Shown here: positions 47,739-55,272 of the stretch, in pieces
How positions within the stretch are numbered: the first letter of the stretch is position 1
How the letters are laid out: every line of letters starts with the position of its first letter
From: an uncultured Clostridia bacterium
GTDB taxonomy: Bacteria; Bacillota; Clostridia; Oscillospirales; JAAYOS01
Length of the DNA stretch: 64,000 bases
Assembly (NCBI GenBank): GCA_947631015.1
Contig: CANRJS010000002.1
Location: forward strand, 67,726-131,725
Reading direction: 5' to 3'
Made by a program: the position numbers and the translations under genes
The notes under the pieces: model-generated
What the model saw: the letters and a program-made list of their open reading frames with translations, nothing else
Database searches by the model: none
What the model was told of the DNA's origin: nothing

Positions 47739-48695
47739 TTGCGGGCGAAGTCCGCAACCGCTTCATTTGCGGAGTGAAGCTCCGCAGTTTAATGTGGAAC
47801 CAAGAGGTTCCGAAGGTTTGCGGGGGCTTCCCCGCAAACCTCCAGCGGGGAAGCCCCGCGGGCATTCGCGGGGCGAGACCCCGCGTCCCTGAGTGAGGCA
47901 GAGCCTCACCGACAGATGTGGGGCATGCACCCCACACTCCTCTAGCGGGGAAGCCCCGCAGGAATCTGCGGGGTCGACCCCGTGTCCCTGGTAGAGCGGA
48001 GCTCTACCGACACCTTTGCGGGGCTGTGCCGCCCCGCACCCCTGCGCTACTTTTTGCTCGCGCAAAAAGTAACCAAAAAGCGCGCTTAAGGGAGAGGGCT
48101 TCGCCCTCTCCCTTAATAATCCCTCTCCTGAATACGACACACAACCGCAACCCACATAACAGGGCACACTCTGTATCCAACAAATCTATCATCCGACCGG
48201 GTGAGTTTCTGGGGGTACAATATCCGACTTTCCCACCGTATTCTACAACATCGAACGATTCCTGCGTAGTAGAAATAAAAATCCGGTCCTACGCTCACAC
48301 TATAAGCGTAATGCAGATACTTCCCCGAGAAAACGGAACTTTCGGTTCTAGTCGAAAGTATAAGCGGGGAAGCTTGTACTAAGCTACGGGCAGACGTCCC
48401 GCGTCGCAGAGACTTTCCGGTCAAGGAAAGAGGGGTACATAGGGGAGAAAACTTTGTTTTCTCCCCTATGTGTGCTTTTTGGTTACTTTTTGCACAAGCA
48501 AAAAGTAACGCAGGGCGCGGGGATGCAATCCCCGCAAAGGTACCGGTGAGGCTCTGCCTCACTCAGGGACGCGGGGTCTCCCCGCGAATGCTCGCGGGGC
48601 TTCCCCGCTAGAGGAGTGGGGATGCAATCCCCGCAAAGTACCCGTGAGGCTCTGCCTCACTCAGGGACGCGGGCTCGCCCCGCACAACCCGCGAA
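47739..48695 (+). mobile_element. Family B element copy 1: REP-like hairpin arrays, ~97-bp inverted arms and conserved ~295-nt core (putative non-autonomous element)
   Basis: Left arm 48032-48128 is an imperfect inverted repeat of right arm 48425-48522; outer units 47844-48012 are mirrored at 48535-48690; whole structure repeated at 53.5-54.5 kb. Confidence 0.7.
48129..48424 (+). ncRNA. Candidate structured RNA (core of element B1)
   Basis: About 85% identical to 53897-54183 with substitutions switching between Watson-Crick and G-U pairs in three hairpins; no conserved ORF. Confidence 0.4.
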
Positions 48696-48824
48696 GTTTT
48701 ACTTCGTCAAAGAAAGTCGGCTTGCTTATAAGCCCATGATATGCTACAATACAGGCATCTACAAAGGACGCGGCGGCCGTCTTCGGTGCGGCACCGACGT
48801 CGATACACGAGAGGAGCGACAAAG

Positions 48825-49583
48825 ATGGAAAAGTTTGACAGAGTAGAGTTTTGCAGGAACAAGTATCATGAGCTGTTCGGCGGCGAGCCGGCGGGAAACG
48901 ATGGCACCGACCCCGAGTTCATGCGGATACTTCAGCGCTTTATCTTCGGCGAGGTCTGCGCCGTTGGGAGCCTCGACAACCGCATGCGCGAGCTGGTGAC
49001 GGTCACTGTCCTCGCGGTAAACCAGACGCTGCCGCAGCTCAGGGCGCACGTCGGCGCGGCGCTGAACGTCGGCTGCACCCCGCTTGAGATACGCGAGGCG
49101 GTCTATCAGCTCGCAGCGTTCGTGGGATTTCCGAAGACGCTGAACGCCATCTCTGCCATGAACGAGGCGTTCACTGCGGCGGGCATATCCCTCCCGCTCG
49201 AGGACACCGCCGTCACCGGCGAGGACGACCGCTACGAGAAGGGACTCGCGTTCCAGAGCGAGATATACGGTGACGGGATAAAGCGCAAGTACGCCTATCT
49301 GCCGGAGGAGTTCGCGGAGGCGATACCGAGGTTCCTCACCGAGCTTTGCTTCGGCGACCTTATGATGCGGCGCGGCCTCGACCGCAAAACACGCGAGCTG
49401 CTCACGGTAGTGATGTTTGCCGCCATGGGCGACTCCGCCCCGCAGATACAGAGCCACGCGCTCGGCGCCCGAAAGGCGGGCAACACCGACGAGGAGATCT
49501 ACGCCGCCCTCCTGCACGCTTTGCCGTACACCGGCTTCCCGCGCATCTTCAACGCGCTGAACGCCCTGAAGGAAGTCATGTAA
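48825..49583 (+). CDS. Carboxymuconolactone decarboxylase (CMD) family protein, two tandem domains
   Basis: LDNRMRELVTVTVLA...QLRAHVGAAL..G and LDRKTRELLTVVMFAA...QIQSHALGA..AG; GAGGAG RBS; TTGCTT-17-TACAAT promoter at 48722-48750. Confidence 0.85.
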   Translation: MEKFDRVEFCRNKYHELFGGEPAGNDGTDPEFMRILQRFIFGEVCAVGSLDNRMRELVTVTVLAVNQTLPQLRAHVGAALNVGCTPLEIREAVYQLAAFVGFPKTLNAISAMNEAFTAAGISLPLEDTAVTGEDDRYEKGLAFQSEIYGDGIKRKYAYLPEEFAEAIPRFLTELCFGDLMMRRGLDRKTRELLTVVMFAAMGDSAPQIQSHALGARKAGNTDEEIYAALLHALPYTGFPRIFNALNALKEVM

Positions 49584-49652
49584 GCGGAAATTCATACCGC
49601 GGAACAGATAAAGGGACGCCCTCTCGGGCGTCCCTTATACTTTGTCGGTTCT

Positions 49653-52388
49653 TTACCCGTCGTCCGGCTCGGTCGGGAACTCGGGGCTTGCGGGCGTGTC
49701 GGACGGCGGTGCGTCGCCCGGCGTGTCTGAGGGCGTGGTCTCGCCGGAAGGCGGCGCGTCCGACGGCTCGCCGCTCACGGGCGGCGGCGCGCTCGGCTCA
49801 CCGCTTGCCGGCTCGCCGGAGACCGGCGCGTCGGAGGGCTCGGTCGGGAACTCGCCCGCGTTCGGATCGTCGTTCGGGTCCTCCGGCTCCTCGCCGGGGG
49901 CGTGCAGCGTGCAGAACGCGTTTGCCGGGTCCGCGACGTTCACGGCGACGCGGTACATCACGTTTTCGTCCGGCTCCGCAGAGGGCTCCGTCGTCTCCTC
50001 GCCGCCGGAATCGTAGCCGAGCGGCAGCGAGTAGTCCACGCCGTAGGCGCGGATAGTGTACTGTTCGTCCGCGACGCGGATATTCGGCAGCGGGAAGCTG
50101 CGGTTCACCTGCATCATCGAGACCTGACGCCGTCCCTCCTCGGGACAGGCGGGGGTGGCTATCTTGCCGCTCTCGCCACACACGTCCACGAACCTGTGGA
50201 TGCTGCACACGTCGGTCGGCACGTCCTCCGCAAGGAAGGTGCCGGTGAGGACGCGGCTGCCGCGCACGTCCGCGCGGCACGCGTCAGTCGCAAGCATGCC
50301 GGAGTCACGGCAGTAGGCGACCTTCACTATCTCCGCAGTCGCGGGGGTGAAGAACTCGCGCGGCTCGAGGTTCTCGTGCAGCTTCTCCATCACCTGCTGC
50401 CAGAGCGGAACGGCGGGGCTGGTGCCGGATGTCGGATTTATCGTGTGATTGTAGTCAAAGCCGTACCAGACCGTGCAGGTGTAGTACGGGGTGTAGCCGC
50501 AGAACCAACGGTCGAAGTCGTCGTCGGTGGTGCCGGTCTTGCCGGCGGCTATCGAGTTCGAGAGGCGGGCGTACACGCCCGAGCCGTTCGCGACGACGTT
50601 CGTGAGGAGGTTATTCATATAGTACGCGGTACGCTCCTTTATGACCGCCGTACTCTTCTGTTCCTTCTCGATAAAGACGTCTCCGTTCGCGTCGAGCACG
50701 CGGGTGTAGGTGCGCGGCTCGTTGTAGACGCCGGCGTTCGGGAATACCGAGTACGCCGCCGCCATGTCGAGGACCGTGACGCCGTCCGTGAGGCCGCCGA
50801 GCGCCATCGACGGCGTGACCTGGTCGGTGAAGAACTGGTCGCCGCGGTACTCACCCTCCACAAGCGTCCGGAGGCCCATCTTGTACTTTGCAAACTCGAA
50901 GCAGTGCTCCGGGCCCATCGTCGTGACGAGCTGGACGGGTATCGTGTTGTTCGAGCGCCCTACGGCGTCCATCACGGTCATCTGACCGCGATAGATGTTG
51001 TCGTAATTCTTCGGGTAGCCGTTGCCGTTCTCGTCAATTATCTTCGGCATATCGGTAAAGACGTCGTAAGGGTCGATGAGCCCCGCCTCGATGGCGCAGG
51101 AGTAGACCGCTATCGGCTTTATCGAGGAGCCGGGCTGCTTTGTCATTGCCGTCGCGCGGTTGCGGGCACGGTTGACCGTCTTTTCGCCGAGGCCGCCGTA
51201 CATGCCGAGGACGTTCCCGGTGTACGGGTCCATGACGACTATCGCGCTCTGCGGCGGAGCCTCGAGCGTGTCCGCATCGCGGAGAGTCGGCCAGAGCTCG
51301 GGGTTAGTATAGACCTCGTCTATTACGGCCTGAACGTCCGGGTCCATGGTGGTGTATATCTTGTAGCCGCCGGTGAAGAGGTAACGCTCGGCGACGGCGT
51401 AGCTCACGCCGCGCTTATCCATGATGTCCCCTATCACGTCCTCGATGACCTGATCGCAGAAGTAGCTCTGCACCTTCGAGGTCGTGGTCGTCGTGGTGGT
51501 GGAGGCGGGCCTGTCACGCTTGAAGACAAGGCGCTGATTCTTGGTCCGCTGGTACTCTGCCTCGTCGATATAGCCCTGCTCCTTCATGACCCACAGAATG
51601 TTCTCCTGACGCTCCTTGTTGTGCTCGCGGTTCTGATACGGGTCGTAGTAGGTGGGCAGGTTCGTGATGCCGACGATGCTCGCCGCCTCCGCGAGGGTGA
51701 GATCCTTCGCGTCCTTGCCGAAGTAGGTCTGCGCGGCGGCCTGTATGCCGTAGCAGCCCTGCCCGAAGCAGACGAGGTTGATATACACCTCAAGGACGTC
51801 CTCCTTCGAGTACTTCTTGTCGAGGGCGAGGGCGCTGAATATCTCGGTGAGCTTTCGTCGGACGGTGACCTCCTTGTTTCCGGTCACGTTCTTGACGACC
51901 TGCTGCGTTATCGTGGAGCCGCCGAAGCTGGAACCGTCCCCGAGGAACATGGTGTACGCCGCGCCGAGAGTGCGGTACCAGTCGACGCCGTGGTGACGCC
52001 AGTAGCGCTGGTCCTCTATCGCCACGAGCGACTCGAAGACGTATTCCGGCAGCTCGTCATATTCCACCCAGACGCGGTTGTCAAGGAAAAGCTCCTGCAT
52101 GACCTCCCAGTCCTGAGTGTCCTTGTCGTAGTAGTAGATGAAGCTCGTCTCGTTGAGCGTAAAGTCGTCAAGGCTGATGTCCTGCCCCTCCGCGAGGAAG
52201 TTCTGACAGTAGACGACAAATATCAACGCGAACATCACGCCTGTGACGAGCGCTATCATTAGCAGCGTGCCGACGCTTGCGAAGACCCACTTCACGGTCT
52301 TGCCGATGACCTTCAGCGTCGTGAGCGCGACGCGCGCGCCGGTGCTGCGCTGTTTTTTCTTCGGAGTGTTTTCCGACAAACCTTTCAC
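49653..52388 (-). CDS. Class A penicillin-binding protein (PBP1A, transglycosylase/transpeptidase)
   Basis: VAIEDQRY, GGSTITQQVVKN, RKLTE, QPGSSIKP, SNNT, GKTGT; Cys-containing and P/S/E-rich C-terminal tail. Confidence 0.93.
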   Translation of the reverse strand: MKGLSENTPKKKQRSTGARVALTTLKVIGKTVKWVFASVGTLLMIALVTGVMFALIFVVYCQNFLAEGQDISLDDFTLNETSFIYYYDKDTQDWEVMQELFLDNRVWVEYDELPEYVFESLVAIEDQRYWRHHGVDWYRTLGAAYTMFLGDGSSFGGSTITQQVVKNVTGNKEVTVRRKLTEIFSALALDKKYSKEDVLEVYINLVCFGQGCYGIQAAAQTYFGKDAKDLTLAEAASIVGITNLPTYYDPYQNREHNKERQENILWVMKEQGYIDEAEYQRTKNQRLVFKRDRPASTTTTTTTSKVQSYFCDQVIEDVIGDIMDKRGVSYAVAERYLFTGGYKIYTTMDPDVQAVIDEVYTNPELWPTLRDADTLEAPPQSAIVVMDPYTGNVLGMYGGLGEKTVNRARNRATAMTKQPGSSIKPIAVYSCAIEAGLIDPYDVFTDMPKIIDENGNGYPKNYDNIYRGQMTVMDAVGRSNNTIPVQLVTTMGPEHCFEFAKYKMGLRTLVEGEYRGDQFFTDQVTPSMALGGLTDGVTVLDMAAAYSVFPNAGVYNEPRTYTRVLDANGDVFIEKEQKSTAVIKERTAYYMNNLLTNVVANGSGVYARLSNSIAAGKTGTTDDDFDRWFCGYTPYYTCTVWYGFDYNHTINPTSGTSPAVPLWQQVMEKLHENLEPREFFTPATAEIVKVAYCRDSGMLATDACRADVRGSRVLTGTFLAEDVPTDVCSIHRFVDVCGESGKIATPACPEEGRRQVSMMQVNRSFPLPNIRVADEQYTIRAYGVDYSLPLGYDSGGEETTEPSAEPDENVMYRVAVNVADPANAFCTLHAPGEEPEDPNDDPNAGEFPTEPSDAPVSGEPASGEPSAPPPVSGEPSDAPPSGETTPSDTPGDAPPSDTPASPEFPTEPDDG

Positions 52389-52497
52389 CCCTTGTGATTA
52401 TGATTTGAGATGCGGACGGGCGCGGAGATACGCCGTAGTCCGCATTTAACGGCTCGTCCCGCAGAAGAAGCCCGGCGGGACGGCTCGCCCGCGCGGC

Positions 52498-53370
52498 TCA
52501 GACGCGCTCCTTGCCGTAGAAGAAGATCGCGACGGTGCCGGGGCCGGAGTGCGAGCCTATGACCGGCCCGATGTAGTTCTTGATTATCTTGCCTATCTTA
52601 TACTTCGCGCGGAGCTTTTCGATGATGTAGTCCGCGTCCGCCTCGCAGTCGCCATGGCTTACGGCGATGCAGTCGAACTCGTCCGAGAGCTTGAGGGTAT
52701 CCATCCACTCGATAAGTCCGTCGAGCGAGCCGCGGCGGCCGCGCTTCTTCGAGCAGGCGCGGAGCTTTCCCTCCGCGTCAACGTCGAGCAGGGGCTTGAT
52801 GCCGAGCATCGAGCCGAGAACGGCCGTGCCCTTGCCGACGCGCCCTCCGCGTTGGAGGAACATCAGGTCGTCGACGGTGAAGAGGTGCTGTATGTGCTTC
52901 TTGTTGCGCTCGAGCCAGTCCGCCGTCTCCTCGATGGTCTTTCCCTCGCGGCGGAGACGGACGGCGTAGTGGGTGAGAAGTCCGCCGCCGAGCGAGGCGA
53001 TAAGCCCGTCGCAGACGATGAGCTTACGGTCGGGATAGTCGGGCGCGACGTCCGCCGCCGCGACGCACGCGGCGTTGTAGGAGCTGGATATGCCGCTCGA
53101 CATGGTGATAACGAGAAGGTCGCGCCCCGCTTCGAGGTACTTGCGGAACCACTGCTCGTAGGTGTCCGAATTTATCATGGAGGTGGTCGAGACCTGACCC
53201 GCGCGGAGCTTGGCGTAGAACTCGCCGTAGGGAGCGCTCAGTCCGGCGTCGTCAAGGTAGGTCTGGCCGTCGATCATGTAGGTCATCGGGATGAAGTCCA
53301 CATCGTTCTGCTCATAGAAGTCTCTCGGCAGATCGGTTCCCGCGTCCACCAGAATTGCGAAGTTATCCAT
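52498..53370 (-). CDS. DegV-family fatty-acid-binding protein
   Basis: VSTTSMIN, ITMSSGISSSYNAA, FTVDDLMFLQRGGRV, LGIKPLL, IGPVIGSHSGPG. Confidence 0.93.
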   Translation of the reverse strand: MDNFAILVDAGTDLPRDFYEQNDVDFIPMTYMIDGQTYLDDAGLSAPYGEFYAKLRAGQVSTTSMINSDTYEQWFRKYLEAGRDLLVITMSSGISSSYNAACVAAADVAPDYPDRKLIVCDGLIASLGGGLLTHYAVRLRREGKTIEETADWLERNKKHIQHLFTVDDLMFLQRGGRVGKGTAVLGSMLGIKPLLDVDAEGKLRACSKKRGRRGSLDGLIEWMDTLKLSDEFDCIAVSHGDCEADADYIIEKLRAKYKIGKIIKNYIGPVIGSHSGPGTVAIFFYGKERV

Positions 53371-53508
53371 AGTCTTTCTCCTCTCTCTTTACCCCGATGC
53401 ACGGTAGGCGGCGCTCGCCGCGCACTCTCTGCCGCAATCGGGGCAGGATATACCAACACAACATATAGTATACACTATTTTTTGCCGCGCCGCAAGGTTT
53501 TTTCTTTT

Positions 53509-54523
53509 TTGCGGGCGAAGCCCGCCGCACCTTTTTACGGGGCGAGACCCCGCGGCCAAGTGGGCAGAGCCCACACCCATCTAGCGGGGGAGCCCCGCGG
53601 GCAATCTCGGGGCGAGACCCCGCGTCCCTAAGTGAGGCAGAGCCTCACCAACACCTCACGGGGGCGCTGCCCCCGCACCCCCGGCGGGGCTGTGCCGCCC
53701 CGCACCCACTAGCGGGGAAGCCCCGCGGGCATACGCGGGGCGAGACCCCGCGTCCTTGGTAGAGCAGAGCTCTACCGACACCTTCGCGGGGCTGTGCCGC
53801 CCCGCACCCCTGCATTACTTTTTGCTCGCGCAAAAAGTAACCAAAAAGCGCGCTTAAGGGAGAGGGCTTCGCCCTCTCCCTTAATAATCCCTCTCCCGAA
53901 TACGACACACAACCGGAACCCGCATAACAGGACAACACTCTGTATCGAACAAATCTGCCATTCGACCGGGTGAGTTTCTATCCGACTTTCCCTAGGCGGT
54001 CGACAACATCGAACAGTTCCTGCGTAGTAGATATAAAAGTCTGGTCCTACGCTCACACTATAAGCGTAATGCAGAAGCTCACCCGAGAAAACGGAACTTT
54101 CGGTTCCAGTCGAAAGTATAAGCGGGAACGCTTGTACCAAGCTACGGACGGACGTCCCGCGTAGCAGAGACCTTCCGGTCAAAGGAAAGAGGGGTACAAA
54201 GGGGAGAAAACCAAGGTTTTCTCCCCTTTGTGTGCTTTTTGGTTACTTTTTGCACAAGCAATAAAGTAACGCGGGGTGCGGGATGCAATCCCCGCAAGGT
54301 GTCGGTATAGCTCCGCTCTACTAGGGACGCGGGGAAGCCCCGCAGATTCCTGCGGGGCTTCCCCGCTAGAGGGGCGTGAGGCACAGCCCGCAATGGTTCC
54401 GGAACCTCTTGGTTCCGCATACTCCTACGGGGTTTACCCCGTAAAAAAGGTGCGGGGGCTTTGCCCCCGCAAGAATCGTGAGGCTTAGCCCCACATGTGA
54501 AAAGGTTGCGGGCTTCGCCCGCA
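53509..54523 (+). mobile_element. Family B element copy 2 (same orientation as copy 1)
   Basis: Left arm 53800-53896, core 53897-54183, right arm 54184-54282, flanked by the same REP-like units. Confidence 0.7.
53897..54183 (+). ncRNA. Candidate structured RNA (core of element B2)
   Basis: Homolog of 48129-48424; hairpins GGAAC/GTTCC, GCTTG/CAAGC, GGAC/GTCC and long-range GGGTGAGTTTCT/AGAAGCTCACCC. Confidence 0.4.
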
Positions 54524-54525
54524 TG

Positions 54526-55065
54526 TCAGAGCAGCGCTTCTACTTTTGCTTTCACCTCGTCGAGCGAGTCGGTCGGTTCAAAGCGGGCGACGATCTCCCC
54601 GCTGCGGTCAATAAGAAACTTCGTGAAGTTCCACTTTATCTTGCCGTTCGTCTTGTAGTCCTTGTCCATCTTTTTAGCGACGCCCTTCAGTATCAGCCCC
54701 ATCGGGCCGGAAAAACCGCCGAATTCGGTGTTCTCCGTCAGATATTTGTAAAGCGGTATCGCGTTTTCTCCGTTTACGTCGATCTTTGCAAACTGCGGGA
54801 ACGTGATGCCGAACCGTCCCGTGCAGAAGGTGTGGATCTCCTCGTCACTGCCCGGAGCCTGCTCGCCGAACTGATTGCACGGAAAGTCAAGTATCTCCAG
54901 CCCGTCCTTTTCGTGAAGCTCATAGAGCTTCTGAAGGTCGTCATACTGCGGGGTGAAGCCGCACCCGGTCGCCGTGTTTACGATGAGAAGGACCTTGCCC
55001 CTGTAACCGGCAAGTGAGACCTCGCTGCCGTCCTGCGCCCTGACACTGAAATCATAGACGTTCAT
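54526..55065 (-). CDS. Glutathione peroxidase-family protein (Cys-type)
   Basis: IVNTATGCGFTPQY, FPCNQF, KWNFTKF; GGAGG RBS before ATG 55065; TTGACA-17-TATACT promoter at 55113-55141. Confidence 0.93.
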   Translation of the reverse strand: MNVYDFSVRAQDGSEVSLAGYRGKVLLIVNTATGCGFTPQYDDLQKLYELHEKDGLEILDFPCNQFGEQAPGSDEEIHTFCTGRFGITFPQFAKIDVNGENAIPLYKYLTENTEFGGFSGPMGLILKGVAKKMDKDYKTNGKIKWNFTKFLIDRSGEIVARFEPTDSLDEVKAKVEALL

Positions 55066-55183
55066 TGTACTGCCTCCATTCATCACGTAAGATTTAATAT
55101 CGTACTATTGATAGTATAATCCCCGGGGCAAAAGTTGTCAAGACGGTTTACAACAATTAACGGATTGTTCACAATTTACGGAT

Positions 55184-55216
55184 AAAGCGGGAGGGGCATT
55201 TCGCCCCTCCCGCTTT
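55184..55216 (-). terminator. Terminator after the SLH gene
   Basis: AAAGCGGGAGGGGC-ATTTC-GCCCCTCCCGCTTT. Confidence 0.7.
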
Positions 55217-55272
55217 GCCGCATTTTTTGTTGTGCAGTGTTTGTTCGTGCCGTGTTTTGCTTTGTGCTCCGC

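Noticed and set aside
47918-48562. ORFs within element B (47918..48382, 48113..48562, 53772..54182, 53970..54164)
   Set aside because: Differences between the two copies are mostly non-synonymous, an 11-nt indel shifts the frame, stops differ and there is no RBS, so they are not conserved proteins or type I toxins
48825-49583. CMD protein as an AhpD-type peroxidase
   Set aside because: It lacks the CxxC catalytic motif, so the function is left at family level
49653-50300. EPSDAP-like repeats and a duplicated C..SG..AT..C motif in the PBP1A tail
   Set aside because: Low-complexity and Cys-containing tails are common in clostridial PBP1A; noted only as part of the linker observation
47739-54523. 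Elements B as a CRISPR array, group II intron or autonomous IS
   Set aside because: No regular repeat-spacer periodicity, no domain V/VI motif, and no transposase, RT or cas gene in the window
54526-55065. Selenocysteine in the glutathione peroxidase
   Set aside because: The active-site codon is TGC (Cys) and there is no in-frame TGA
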